DNA of 64,000 nt from a virus, in the IMG/VR virus record IMGVR_UViG_3300035703_000022, positions 32,001 to 96,000 of that record; one strand, 5' to 3'. The notes under the pieces were generated by a model. The model had not been told where the DNA came from. It searched no databases and was given only the letters and a program-made list of their open reading frames with translations. Each line of letters begins with the position of its first letter. Positions within the stretch are counted from its first letter, which is position 1. This document shows positions 38,260 through 49,023 of this stretch, piece after piece. Made by a program: the position numbers and the translations under genes.

Positions 38260-39753
38260 TCAGAAACGGAAAGTAGTCTGAATCACACCACCAAAGTTAG
38301 AAGAGGTATCAGCAAGTGCCTGATTGTTCGACACATAGAACACCGCAGGAGTAACGGTAATGTTATCACTCACACGATACTTGTAGAACAATTCCCACAT
38401 CGTTGCTTCCTTAGTAAGACCTTCTGCATTACCAGGTTGACCGATAGCGAAACCAGCGGAGTTACCCTTAGCAAACACATCAGACCACTGGAGACCAGCG
38501 TACCAGGTTTGAGAATCGGTAGCACCATTAGGAGTTGATTTGCCTTCTGCATTCAGACTTACGGTGTTCCAACCATAACCACCGCTCACAGAAGGAATGA
38601 TGCCAGACTTAGAAGGTTGCCAGTAAGCACTCAGAGCATAACCATTAGAGGTTTGTCCAGGAGCAAGAGCACCAGAAGAACCCAGAACGCCATTGAAGGT
38701 ACGAACACGAGTGCCTTCAGTACCATAACGATAACCAAATGCAACACCGTAGTTAGGAGCACGATAACCAATCTGGGCAAGAGTGTTCAGAGAACCCTTT
38801 TCATTGAACTCACCTTTGGTAGAATCAGAACCACCTTGGGCAACATAGTTCACACCAGCAACGAATCCTTTCTTACCCTGAACCCACTGAGCACCGAAAC
38901 CAGAACCAGTTGCCTTGTTATAGACGCCAGGGGCCCCAGCAAGTTGGAAGAAGTCCAGAACATCCGACTTATAAACAGAAGGAATCCAGGTCATTTCAGT
39001 ATTACGAACCAGAGCACCAGCAGTCAGAGTCACACCCTTAGTAAGTGCAGGGAAACTATAGTAGAGACGATCCAGTTTAACGGCATCGGCAGTGCTCTCT
39101 GCCTTATCCAGTTTAAACAAAGACGAAGAGGAACCAAAGGGTTGTGAGGAGAAGTTACCCGAACGCAGACGAGTGCGAAGCAGATCTTTACCAGTGAACG
39201 AGGTATCAAAGTTCAGGCGAAGATCATAGTTGAATGCAGTGTTGCCAACATTCGTACTAGCAGTTTTTCCAGGAGTCCAAGCATTACTCACACCACCAAG
39301 AACGAAAGATGCTTCACCCTTGAGTTTGGTGGTGGTGGAGAACTGAGTTGCTTCCAGAGCACCAACCTTTGTTTCCAGTTTAGTAACACGACCTTGAATA
39401 ACAGTAAGTTCATCACGGAACTCGTTAGCAAGACGTTGAAGTTCATCAGTAACTTCAGTCACACGGTCAAGGCAAGCATTCAGAAGTGCTGCTGCCTCAT
39501 AACGAGTCATTGCACGACCACCACCAAAAGTGCCGTTGGGATAACCAGCAACACAACCATAACGATCTACAAGGTTGCTGAGTGCTTGGTATGCCCAATC
39601 GGTGGGTTGCACATCAGAAAGTTGCGAAACACTTGTAACCTGTTCCGAGGAATATTGGTTGACTGCTGCCATATTGAGGTCTGCGGCATTCGCAGCAACA
39701 GGAGAAACCATTCCCAGAGCAACAGGTGCAAGCATCAGTTGTTTGAGTTTCAT
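38260..39753 (-). CDS. cyanobacterial SLH-domain porin (Som/OprB-type); start probably ATG 39753
   Basis: signal peptide, SDVQPTDWAYQAL, TRYEAAA, QFSTTTKL, C-terminal TTFRF. Confidence 0.93.
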   Translation of the reverse strand: MKLKQLMLAPVALGMVSPVAANAADLNMAAVNQYSSEQVTSVSQLSDVQPTDWAYQALSNLVDRYGCVAGYPNGTFGGGRAMTRYEAAALLNACLDRVTEVTDELQRLANEFRDELTVIQGRVTKLETKVGALEATQFSTTTKLKGEASFVLGGVSNAWTPGKTASTNVGNTAFNYDLRLNFDTSFTGKDLLRTRLRSGNFSSQPFGSSSSLFKLDKAESTADAVKLDRLYYSFPALTKGVTLTAGALVRNTEMTWIPSVYKSDVLDFFQLAGAPGVYNKATGSGFGAQWVQGKKGFVAGVNYVAQGGSDSTKGEFNEKGSLNTLAQIGYRAPNYGVAFGYRYGTEGTRVRTFNGVLGSSGALAPGQTSNGYALSAYWQPSKSGIIPSVSGGYGWNTVSLNAEGKSTPNGATDSQTWYAGLQWSDVFAKGNSAGFAIGQPGNAEGLTKEATMWELFYKYRVSDNITVTPAVFYVSNNQALADTSSNFGGVIQTTFRF

Positions 39754-39864
39754 AAAAATTTGTTTTGTTCTATAGGACATAGTGGTTAACCGTGCAAGTA
39801 GTTGCGGCACGGTTAAGTCTGACAATCTTAACAGTTTCTTTGGATTCTGTCAACTAAGAAAAGG

Positions 39865-40686
39865 TTAAGAAGTTTGTTGTTGAGCCTCAGAGGTTCTTCC
39901 TAGATATGGATCAAAGTCCATAAGTTTTTCAATTTCTAAGTCAGAACCGCGAGTTTCCCAAAGATTTCGGAGTCCATCGTGAGATCCTCTATGAAAAATT
40001 TCAATGTGTTCTGGATGAATTGAAGAGCCCAGTTCAATTCTATACAAGAACAAAGGAATAGCAAAAGTGTTTCCAGAATTATAAATCAAATCATCAGCAA
40101 CAGCACGAGGTTTAATTGCGTGATCTAATTTATATTTGTCGCCACGGCAGTGAAGTCGAACAACTTTCTCTGCATGATGTCGAGTAATGATATAACAAGC
40201 TGTGGAAAAATCATTAACAAACCTACGGTGTAGGTTTACATGAAGAGTTCCAGGACAAATAATTGCAAGTTGAACTACATCATAATCATAAGGAAGTCTT
40301 GCAACAAATTGATTCCAAGTAAAGTTCCAATATTTTGCAGTACTAATATCCACATCGTCTTCCATGACAATGCAATACGGAGAATCGGAAGTTTCCAGAT
40401 AATGTTTGAGAAGTTTAAGATGAGAAGTAACACAACCAACTTCACCGGAACTCATATTTGCCGGATATCTTCCGTGAATAATATCACTTAGATCATCTTC
40501 ACGACCATCATATGCAGAGATTCGTTCATAGTTTTCAATGTCCCAATAAGAAAACATCGATTCCATGTAATCTTGCCTCTCAGGTTGACCATCTAGATTA
40601 ATATAATAGATGGGTCCAATACCTTTCAATTTATATGCAGATTTGTTTTTGTCCATTACAACGGATTCCATCAGATAACTTCCCAT
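39865..40686 (-). CDS. GT25 glycosyltransferase
   Basis: YYINLD, GEVGCVTSH, VMEDD. Confidence 0.88.
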   Translation of the reverse strand: MGSYLMESVVMDKNKSAYKLKGIGPIYYINLDGQPERQDYMESMFSYWDIENYERISAYDGREDDLSDIIHGRYPANMSSGEVGCVTSHLKLLKHYLETSDSPYCIVMEDDVDISTAKYWNFTWNQFVARLPYDYDVVQLAIICPGTLHVNLHRRFVNDFSTACYIITRHHAEKVVRLHCRGDKYKLDHAIKPRAVADDLIYNSGNTFAIPLFLYRIELGSSIHPEHIEIFHRGSHDGLRNLWETRGSDLEIEKLMDFDPYLGRTSEAQQQTS

Positions 40687-41525
40687 CCCTCACAATAAAG
40701 ATCGTCGGTCTTATTATGTGCGTATGCAGGCCCAAACCAATTCTTAGGTGCTACAATTTTACCAGCACCATTTTGTAACCATGCGCCCCACCATGAGAGT
40801 GTAGAGTTTGCAATGATTCCACCTTTACAATTAGCCATAATGCAAAGATCAACATAAGGAGTATAGGATCCATCAGGATACTTTTCTTCTGGAGTGGAAA
40901 CATAAAAACGATCCGGTTTAAAAAGTTCTTGTTCCATTACCCATTCTGGAGAATCGGAAACAACTACTACTTCTTGGTCTTCTGGGAAGAGTTTAAGAGC
41001 TTTCTCATAATATTCAAGGGATTGTGGCGGATGTTGATCGGAACATTCAGTATAAGCCCATTTAAATCCTCTAGCATCTACCAGATTAGGATCTCCACGA
41101 CGGACATGAAGGAAGATAGGATCTTTCAGATCACTCAAAAATCCTTTAACAGGTTCGCTTAAATCAGTATGAAATCTAAAGTCATTGCGAATTTCATCTT
41201 TGATGTGTGCAAAATACTTTTCTGTCTGAAAAAATCCATGTATAGACACATCATTAGGACAAAGTTGAAGAAGTTCTTCATCAAAATGAAAATATTTTTC
41301 AGCAACTATCGGGGCAAATCCACGATCAAGAATATAGAGATTAGTTGATTTTACACTTTCCAATACAAAACAATTAGATAAACTATAATTATCAACCCTT
41401 TTTGTATTATAGGGTGGAATACACCAATCATATCCTTTTGCAGCTGCGATTCCTCGTAAAGCTGCATATTGGAACATCTGGTTTCCCAAACGGCCAATAT
41501 TACCCAATTCATTAAAAGCTAACAT
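40671..41525 (-). CDS. GT11 alpha-1,2-fucosyltransferase-like
   Basis: GRLGNQMFQYA, HVRRGD, IANSTLSWWGA. Confidence 0.92.
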   Translation of the reverse strand: MLAFNELGNIGRLGNQMFQYAALRGIAAAKGYDWCIPPYNTKRVDNYSLSNCFVLESVKSTNLYILDRGFAPIVAEKYFHFDEELLQLCPNDVSIHGFFQTEKYFAHIKDEIRNDFRFHTDLSEPVKGFLSDLKDPIFLHVRRGDPNLVDARGFKWAYTECSDQHPPQSLEYYEKALKLFPEDQEVVVVSDSPEWVMEQELFKPDRFYVSTPEEKYPDGSYTPYVDLCIMANCKGGIIANSTLSWWGAWLQNGAGKIVAPKNWFGPAYAHNKTDDLYCEGWEVI

Positions 41526-42333
41526 TTAATTGTTCTCCTCTTTTTTTAATATATTCTTGTTGTTGATAATAAGATTGTAATTTTGGTGCATCCCAAGTTC
41601 TAATATTTTGCCAAAGATTATGATTGTCCATGAATTTGGGATTATGATAGTGTGAATTAAAAGTTCTACCATGTTCAAAATGATAGATGTCTTCATTAAC
41701 TCTTGCTATTTTAAGTCCAAAACAATTCAATCTGTAATAAAACTCACAGTCCTCTGCTCCCCAGGAAATAAAATTTTCATTCCATAAACCAACTTTAATT
41801 TCGGATTCTTTTTTTATCATTTGCCCCCAACCTATTGAGGAAGCTACTCTAAATTTGGAGTCAGTAAGAATTGAAAAGTCAAAATTAGAATCCAAAAATT
41901 GATTAAAAGTTGATTCGGAATAATTTACAGCCCACTGATAAACTCCACATCCAAATGGATAAACTGCATCAATTCCATCATTTTTAATTGCATTATAAGC
42001 AATTACATAACTTTGTATTGGTAAAACTATATCTACATCATGATTATAAACGATTTCAGTTTCAGAAGCAACTAAAAGATCATTGAGAATACGAGTCTTG
42101 TGGAAGAATTTTTCATCACTTTCTTCGTATATATGAGTTAATTGATCAGTACTAATATACTTACGAATTACAGGAAGAGCTCTAAATTTAAAATGAGAGT
42201 GAGAATCAACTTCCTTCAAAATAACTTTTGATTCTGGAAAATTTTTAAGTAAATATGTTACTGAAGTAATAACATTTTTTAGTCTATCTTCAGACTCAAT
42301 TCTACAAGGCAATAAAAAAGTTAAATCTTTCAT
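41512..42333 (-). CDS. GT2/GT7-like glycosyltransferase
   Basis: HDVD, NENFISWGAED, HFEH. Confidence 0.8.
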   Translation of the reverse strand: MKDLTFLLPCRIESEDRLKNVITSVTYLLKNFPESKVILKEVDSHSHFKFRALPVIRKYISTDQLTHIYEESDEKFFHKTRILNDLLVASETEIVYNHDVDIVLPIQSYVIAYNAIKNDGIDAVYPFGCGVYQWAVNYSESTFNQFLDSNFDFSILTDSKFRVASSIGWGQMIKKESEIKVGLWNENFISWGAEDCEFYYRLNCFGLKIARVNEDIYHFEHGRTFNSHYHNPKFMDNHNLWQNIRTWDAPKLQSYYQQQEYIKKRGEQLNVSF

Positions 42334-43226
42334 TCTTCTGCGGCAATGGGGGAAGGATCATTATAAAGTTTAACCCATCGTTGTGGGATCATATCTTTCA
42401 TATTATAGTGGGAATAAGCAGACCCAAACCAAGGATCTGGTACAACAACTTTACCAGTATCATTTTGTAACCATGCGCCCCACCAACTTAAAGAAGAGTT
42501 AGCAATAATTGCACCACCACACAAACTCATGAGACAAAGATCGATGTAGGGGACGGCAGCACCGTCTCCGAAAGTCTCATAAGAAGAGTCTGAGAAATGG
42601 AAACGATCTCCTTGCAACCAATCTTGGCGCTTACACCAATCAATAAGATCGGAAACAACAATAATATTCTTATCTTCTGGAAACTCTTTTAGAGCTTCAA
42701 TATAATATTCCTTCTTACAGAGGGGATGATACTCCTGAACCATTTGATAAGACCACTTCTCTCCTCTGCGACCAGTTAAATTTGGTGATCCACGACGAAC
42801 ATGAAGGAAGATACAATTCTCTCTACCACCAAGAGAATCAATATATTCTTGGCAAGGTTCCATATAATAACTCTTGAAAGTAAAATCTTCTCGGATACTA
42901 TCTGAAATGGATTCAAAATATCTTTCTGTCTGGAAGTTACCAGAGAAATTAGTGTTGTCTTCACACTTATTGAAGATTTCTTCATTAAAGTGCATATCAC
43001 GATACTCTACAGTTTTGTAGAAAGGTTCCCCAGTGTTCTTCTCTATATTACAATTGGTTAGTTCAAATGCATCAAACAACCCATAGTTGTCTAAACGATC
43101 TGCATCTGGGCCAGGAACTACCCAATCAAATCCGCGATTTGCAGAAAGACCACGAATAAATGCATATTGAAACATTTGGTTTCCAAGGCGACCCTCGTTA
43201 CCAAGTCCTTTAAATGATACGGCCAT
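42330..43226 (-). CDS. GT11 fucosyltransferase-like
   Basis: GRLGNQMFQYA, HVRRG, ANSSLSWWGA. Confidence 0.9.
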   Translation of the reverse strand: MAVSFKGLGNEGRLGNQMFQYAFIRGLSANRGFDWVVPGPDADRLDNYGLFDAFELTNCNIEKNTGEPFYKTVEYRDMHFNEEIFNKCEDNTNFSGNFQTERYFESISDSIREDFTFKSYYMEPCQEYIDSLGGRENCIFLHVRRGSPNLTGRRGEKWSYQMVQEYHPLCKKEYYIEALKEFPEDKNIIVVSDLIDWCKRQDWLQGDRFHFSDSSYETFGDGAAVPYIDLCLMSLCGGAIIANSSLSWWGAWLQNDTGKVVVPDPWFGSAYSHYNMKDMIPQRWVKLYNDPSPIAAEE

Positions 43227-44086
43227 TACTTACTCCACTCTTGAATAATCCAACGATCAGGAACAATATCCGAAGTATCTAGGTTAGACATTGCAGTGCC
43301 AAACCACTTCTTGGGATCTGGAGCAACTACTTTACCACGATCATTTTGTAACCATGCACCCCACCAAGAGAATGATGAGTTTGCAATAATAGCACCAGAA
43401 CAAAGAGTCATCAGACACAGATCAACCTGTGGTAGAAGAGTATTTTGCATTTTTCCAGTACCATCAATAGTACGATAAGTATATCTACCATTACTTTCAT
43501 TAAACAAGAAACGATCCTGTTTGAAAAACTCCTGAGACTTGCACCACTCAATGTCATCAGTAAATACGAAACATGGAGTATCTTCTGGAAATTGCTTTAA
43601 CGCATCCTCAAAAAATTTAATCGGTAGGATGGGATGGTATTGTTCTCTTCCAATGTTGTCACTCTGTCGAATATGCAAGAAAATAGGGCTAGAAGGTAGA
43701 CTATCAATATACTCCTTACAAGGATTGAGATAATCTTTTCTAAACGTGAAGTCTTCACGAATTTCCTGTGCGATGTGACTAAAATATTTTTCAGTCTGGA
43801 AATATCCATCAAGACTTACATTATCAGGACATTCATCAAAAAACTCCGGAATAAAACAATGATCATTCTCTTGTATGTATTCTCCATTGACAAATCCAAT
43901 GTTTGATTCATTAACATTTGTCAACTCAAATGTCTCAAATAAACCATAATTATCTTTATGATCATATGTATCTGGAGGAATGCACCAATCATAACCTCGT
44001 TTTGCAGCAATACCTCTAAGTGCTGCATACTGAAACATTTGATTACCTAGACGACCATTACTTCCTAGTCTGTTATATCCGATCAT
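43226..44086 (-). CDS. GT11 fucosyltransferase-like
   Basis: GRLGNQMFQYA, HIRQSD, ANSSFSWWGA. Confidence 0.9.
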   Translation of the reverse strand: MIGYNRLGSNGRLGNQMFQYAALRGIAAKRGYDWCIPPDTYDHKDNYGLFETFELTNVNESNIGFVNGEYIQENDHCFIPEFFDECPDNVSLDGYFQTEKYFSHIAQEIREDFTFRKDYLNPCKEYIDSLPSSPIFLHIRQSDNIGREQYHPILPIKFFEDALKQFPEDTPCFVFTDDIEWCKSQEFFKQDRFLFNESNGRYTYRTIDGTGKMQNTLLPQVDLCLMTLCSGAIIANSSFSWWGAWLQNDRGKVVAPDPKKWFGTAMSNLDTSDIVPDRWIIQEWSK

Positions 44087-45228
44087 AATTTAATTACAAA
44101 TGTATTAATTTTTTCTGGCGGTTTCCCAAAATGTATTCTATCACCATATTGACTCGTTAACAAGACTTCCACTTGTTTAATAATATGGGGATTATCGGAA
44201 ACATAGACTTCATGACCAGCATCTAAAAGATCTAGACAAAGTTTATATTGTTGACTTTCGGTTAGAATATCAGTACCCCTCTTATATGAAATATATTCAA
44301 AATGAAAAGGGAGATTTTTAGTGTTCTTATTAATGAAATAATTTTTTAAAAAAATAGAATGTTCATTATTAAAATCATCAGTGGTTGTGCCAAGATTATA
44401 CTTCAATCCAAGTTTCTCTGCATACCTACCAAAAGATCTATTATCTCTAGGCAGACATGGGCCACCAAATCCAAATCCAAATTTTAGATACTTACTTCCA
44501 ATTCTAGAATCACTTGCAATAGAAGAAAGGACGGATTCGATTTCACTCTCAAGTCCGGAAAGAATAAGAACCTCTCCGATCATATTTGCAAAACTAATTT
44601 TAGTTGTCATGAAACAATTGACTGCGATCTTAACTATTTCTGCAGCCGTAGATGACATAATAGAAATGACTGGTTTTGTAACCTGAATTTTCTTGTAAAT
44701 TTCAGAAAGAGTTTCTAGAACTTCTGCATTATCCCCACCAAGTAAAACCATGTCAGCATGGGTTAAGTCCTTAATAATAGATCCTTGTGCAATAAATTCT
44801 GGATTATATACAACACTTACTCCATAAGACTTAAGTTGTTCCTGGAATCTTACACAATCTCCTGGATTTGTAGTGCAACCAACAACCAATGTTTTACCTT
44901 CAACATTAGGGGATTCTTGGAAGTCACGAACAACATTCCATACAGAACTTACATCATAAGAACCATCATCTAAAGATGGAGTTGCAACCAAAGTAAAGAT
45001 AATATCACATTCTGCAATCACTTTTTTATTATCAGTGGTTGCTTCAAGATACTTAGCTTGTCTTAGATGTTCTTGCACAAACGGTTCTGTACTAGAAATA
45101 ATTTTTTTATTGAGGTTCTCTACATAATCCTCACGAATATCGGAAACCAGAACATCATATCCTGCATTTTCCATGAGAAGTGCAAGACAAATACCTAGTC
45201 TTCCTGCGCCTATTAATCCAATTTTCAT
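44083..45228 (-). CDS. UDP-glucose/GDP-mannose 6-dehydrogenase family
   Basis: GAGRLG, YNPEFIAQG, KISFAN, GFGGPCLPRD. Confidence 0.92.
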   Translation of the reverse strand: MKIGLIGAGRLGICLALLMENAGYDVLVSDIREDYVENLNKKIISSTEPFVQEHLRQAKYLEATTDNKKVIAECDIIFTLVATPSLDDGSYDVSSVWNVVRDFQESPNVEGKTLVVGCTTNPGDCVRFQEQLKSYGVSVVYNPEFIAQGSIIKDLTHADMVLLGGDNAEVLETLSEIYKKIQVTKPVISIMSSTAAEIVKIAVNCFMTTKISFANMIGEVLILSGLESEIESVLSSIASDSRIGSKYLKFGFGFGGPCLPRDNRSFGRYAEKLGLKYNLGTTTDDFNNEHSIFLKNYFINKNTKNLPFHFEYISYKRGTDILTESQQYKLCLDLLDAGHEVYVSDNPHIIKQVEVLLTSQYGDRIHFGKPPEKINTFVIKL

Positions 45229-46016
45229 AGCTTAAATGTGGGAATTTCTGTCATCTTATGTTTGTTTTGCATGTGGAACTTCTGGTACACATTGATTGCA
45301 TTAGTTTGTTCTTCATTCAAGAACAATGGATCTTCAGAAAGTCCTTTTTCCATAACCCATTCTAACATTGCATAGGAAGTTCCAATCTGATCTTCATCAG
45401 TTCTACCATCATCCCAAAGTCCATCAGTAGGTGGTGCAGAAACAATTCTATCATCTACACCTAGATGTTCACCAAGCATCCATACTTCGGTCTTATAGAG
45501 GTCTGCAATAGGAGCAATATCAATACCACCATCACCATACTTGGTATAGAATCCTACACCATAATCCTCAACCTTATTACCAGTTCCAACAACAATACCA
45601 TTTACTGAAGTTGCAATCTGGTAAAGGGTTACCATGCGAAGTCTTGATCGAGTATTTGCTTGTGCCAGTTTATTCGTTGCAAAGTTCTCCCCAATATCAT
45701 TAGAAATAGTTTGAAGGAAATCATCATAGACTGAGCTCATATCAGTCTTAACAAAAGTTACATTATTAAATTTTGACTCCAACCACTTACCATGAGCATC
45801 AGAAAGAGACTCCTGATTCTCAAGTTGATTGATAGGCATTCCAACCACATAAGTTGGCATACCAGTCAAAGCACAAAGGGTAGAAACCACAGAGGAATCA
45901 ATTCCCCCAGAAATTCCTACTACAAGACTTTTAAGTTTAGGATGAGTAATGCAATAATTAGAAATCCATTTTACGATCCTATCTTCCAACTCATCATAAT
46001 CTTTAATTCGATTCAT
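45225..46016 (-). CDS. nadE: NH3-dependent NAD+ synthetase
   Basis: GISGGIDSS, RLRM, TGNKVE, FYTKYGDG, PPTDGLW, TDEDQIG. Confidence 0.92.
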   Translation of the reverse strand: MNRIKDYDELEDRIVKWISNYCITHPKLKSLVVGISGGIDSSVVSTLCALTGMPTYVVGMPINQLENQESLSDAHGKWLESKFNNVTFVKTDMSSVYDDFLQTISNDIGENFATNKLAQANTRSRLRMVTLYQIATSVNGIVVGTGNKVEDYGVGFYTKYGDGGIDIAPIADLYKTEVWMLGEHLGVDDRIVSAPPTDGLWDDGRTDEDQIGTSYAMLEWVMEKGLSEDPLFLNEEQTNAINVYQKFHMQNKHKMTEIPTFKL

Positions 46017-46792
46017 GATTCTTTTACCTTAGCTAAAATTACAGTGTTTTCGTAATCTTTGTTCGTGGTGAATTCAAAACGTTCACTCATCCTTTCAGTA
46101 AACTTATTATAGTAGAAATCATTAAAGTTGACAAGGTTATAAATGATGTAAGCATACTTAGCATCTGATACTAGATTATCATAGTATTTTGCTTGAGTAT
46201 CATAATCACATTCAGAAAGGGCGTAATTACTAATGAACAGGTCTACATCTTTAATTTCTTCTACGTTATCACAACTTACAAACTTACACTTTGCATAAAG
46301 TTCTGGGAAGTTCTTAAGATACTTTTCTTGAACCGCAACAGCCTCAGGAAGATCCACTAAAACATATTCATCAAAATCACAGACAACACTCAAGGTCTTA
46401 CATAATCCACCATACCCGCCACCAACTTCTACTACACGACTGATAGGTGCATCTCCTAAGAGAGTCGCCATCTCAAATACATTCTTAATATATCGGATTG
46501 TAGTGGGAGAGATTTTACCCGTTTCTGGATAAGAGAATTTATCGGGTTTACCGATAACATCATTCTCTTTAAACGCCTCAAGATTTTCAAGTAGAGCATC
46601 TCCAGCCATTTCCATGGCAATTTGAAGATACTCCGTACCTTGACGAGGAGTTACATGTTCAAGAATATTTTTATATCCTTGAATTGATTTAAATTTTGCA
46701 AATACTTCATCATCTGCAACTGCACTACGACAAGTTTCAAGATAATCAACTGCAATCTGTTCTTCTGCTTCCCAGCCTTTATAAGTACTCAT
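46013..46792 (-). CDS. putative sugar O-methyltransferase
   Basis: ISPTTIRY, EVGGGYG, VDLP, ISNYALSE. Confidence 0.75.
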   Translation of the reverse strand: MSTYKGWEAEEQIAVDYLETCRSAVADDEVFAKFKSIQGYKNILEHVTPRQGTEYLQIAMEMAGDALLENLEAFKENDVIGKPDKFSYPETGKISPTTIRYIKNVFEMATLLGDAPISRVVEVGGGYGGLCKTLSVVCDFDEYVLVDLPEAVAVQEKYLKNFPELYAKCKFVSCDNVEEIKDVDLFISNYALSECDYDTQAKYYDNLVSDAKYAYIIYNLVNFNDFYYNKFTERMSERFEFTTNKDYENTVILAKVKES

Positions 46793-47589
46793 TTCCAGTA
46801 AGTTTCGTAGAGGTAATCTTCTGCCACTGGCAGATTGTTAGCACGTTCAAAGTTATCCTTGATCGCATCCATTTTAGAATAATAAAGTTCTTCTGTCAAA
46901 ATAGAAACATCAAAGTCATCATCCAAGAATATAATACCATCCTCGTTGAAATACTCTGTGACTCCTTTACATCCGTAGAAGATGGGAATCGTTCCTGTGG
47001 CGAAACAATCTGTAAGTTTCTCCGTAAAGTATGTATCATAGACGGCATTCTCTACGGCCACAGAGAACATATAATCTCGGATACCTTCTTCCTTTCTAGG
47101 AAGATCACGAAACCCACGACCATAAAGATCAAGTTGATCTTTAAACTTATTCACGAATTCAAGTCTCTTGCGATGTCCAGGAACCATAGACTTGTTTGAA
47201 GAGATCATAGAAACAAGTTTAGTCTTGTCATAAATCTGGCGTTCTTCAATCCATGGAGCTGCATTGCTTAATGCATATTGAAACTTTGGATACTTCTCAC
47301 ATAGTTCTTTATCTGGAGACAAAATACCATCCACTCTAGAAGCAACAAAATCATAGTTTGCAAGAATCCAATCATAAACATTTTGAATGACTTGTTTTGA
47401 TTCAAGTAACCAGATATACTTTGGTGTAGAAGAAACATCCTGAAGTACATCTAGGGATCTTTGATTTACATAAAGACTTACTGCACCGGAACCATCATAA
47501 ACCCACTCAGTAAAACTAGAAGTATTTTTATCTGAGGTTGACGGGAGAAGAGAGTCGTTACAATAAAGATTAATTTGAAACTTGTTCAT
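46789..47589 (-). CDS. GT10-like fucosyltransferase
   Basis: YMFSVAVEN...YFTEKLTDCFATGTIPIFYG. Confidence 0.85.
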   Translation of the reverse strand: MNKFQINLYCNDSLLPSTSDKNTSSFTEWVYDGSGAVSLYVNQRSLDVLQDVSSTPKYIWLLESKQVIQNVYDWILANYDFVASRVDGILSPDKELCEKYPKFQYALSNAAPWIEERQIYDKTKLVSMISSNKSMVPGHRKRLEFVNKFKDQLDLYGRGFRDLPRKEEGIRDYMFSVAVENAVYDTYFTEKLTDCFATGTIPIFYGCKGVTEYFNEDGIIFLDDDFDVSILTEELYYSKMDAIKDNFERANNLPVAEDYLYETYWK

Positions 47590-48427
47590 TCTTCATAGCC
47601 TCAAATACCTTAGCAATACCCTGTTCAATTGTTGTTTTGGGAGTCCACCACTTCATCAAATAAGTATCTGGTCGATTTCTTTTGTCAAGTTGAACACTAT
47701 CCTTTTCAGTTGACGGTTGTACTTTAACATCGTACTTGCCCATCAAATTGAATTGGCCACAAATTATACTCGCAATATCAATGACCTTTGTAGAGTGGAA
47801 GCTGGTAATGTGAAGATTATCTTCAGAAGTAAAGTCATCGTAGTTTTCCATAATTGACTCAAGTGCTTCACAACAATCTTCAGCATATAGAAACTCACGT
47901 TCTTCCTGACCATCAGTAAGCATGTCAATCACACCAGTTTCAAAACCTTTACGAATAAAGTCTGTGATTACGTGTGCTTTATCGTGATCTTTTTCCACTC
48001 CATAAACATTCCAGAACTTAACAATAAGTCCATTCAAAGATTTAGTATAAAGTTCTCCAACATTCTTAAGAACACCATATGGAGAATAACTCATATTACT
48101 CATCTGAGATGAAGCAAATACAAATCTCTTATTGTATTTTTTAAGAAGTCCAAATGCATTTGCCATCAAACGGGCATTGTTGTCAATGAATTGGAATGTG
48201 TGTTGATATTTTTTGAGATAACGAGAACCACCTACATCAAATGCAAGGAAGAACACAAAGTCACTATCCATAATTACCCGATGGAGTTCGGGATTGGGGA
48301 TAATTGTCATGTCTTGATGTTCACCATTAACAACATCAAACTCATAAACGGTGTGGCCTTTACCACGCAGATATTCTGTTAAGTAGGCACCGATTTGCCC
48401 ACTAGATCCTAGTACTGTAATTTTCAT
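47570..48427 (-). CDS. NAD-dependent epimerase/dehydratase
   Basis: GSSGQIG, YGVLK, WNVYG, REFLYAED. Confidence 0.88.
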   Translation of the reverse strand: MKITVLGSSGQIGAYLTEYLRGKGHTVYEFDVVNGEHQDMTIIPNPELHRVIMDSDFVFFLAFDVGGSRYLKKYQHTFQFIDNNARLMANAFGLLKKYNKRFVFASSQMSNMSYSPYGVLKNVGELYTKSLNGLIVKFWNVYGVEKDHDKAHVITDFIRKGFETGVIDMLTDGQEEREFLYAEDCCEALESIMENYDDFTSEDNLHITSFHSTKVIDIASIICGQFNLMGKYDVKVQPSTEKDSVQLDKRNRPDTYLMKWWTPKTTIEQGIAKVFEAMKNEQVSN

Positions 48428-49023
48428 CAGACAATAGTAATTTCGTGTGCATTTCCAAAGTTGACAATACCAGTACCACTCATATGAGCAATCTCAGTTA
48501 CATCAAACTTCTCTTCGGGAATCTCATCCCACATTAGTTGAATATCAGGCCAACCAGGGCCAATATCATCATGAATCAAAATACCTTTCCAACCTTTGTC
48601 ACGCAACCAATCCATCATGACACGTTCTTGAGCTCCATCATGTGGATCAACATCAATCATAACGATGGGAATATTATCCCAATCAAGAGTTTCATCTTCC
48701 ATGAAATTCATGATCTTCCAAGTGATGTTTTCTTTTTGAATAGAGCTGGCGCCCTGTTCCACAAGATCATAACTAATCACTTTATTAGTCGGATTATAAG
48801 AAAGAGCGAGAGCGGATCCACCAGTGCGAGTACCAACATCCAGAATAGTGGATTTGTTAAAGAAAGTGGAGAGATATGCATAAAGCCTATACTCGCTTTG
48901 ACCTGCGGGAAGCCAGTCATTTTGATTGAGAGACATATCTCTTAGATGACTAACATCTAAATCTTTTACATGTTTTTTAATAATCTCAATTTTCATTATT
49001 CTTCTTATCAATTTGTGCAACAA
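48427..49023 (-). CDS. class I SAM-dependent methyltransferase
   Basis: LDVGTRTGGS, IDVDPH, IHDD. Confidence 0.75.
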   Translation of the reverse strand: MLHKLIRRIMKIEIIKKHVKDLDVSHLRDMSLNQNDWLPAGQSEYRLYAYLSTFFNKSTILDVGTRTGGSALALSYNPTNKVISYDLVEQGASSIQKENITWKIMNFMEDETLDWDNIPIVMIDVDPHDGAQERVMMDWLRDKGWKGILIHDDIGPGWPDIQLMWDEIPEEKFDVTEIAHMSGTGIVNFGNAHEITIV

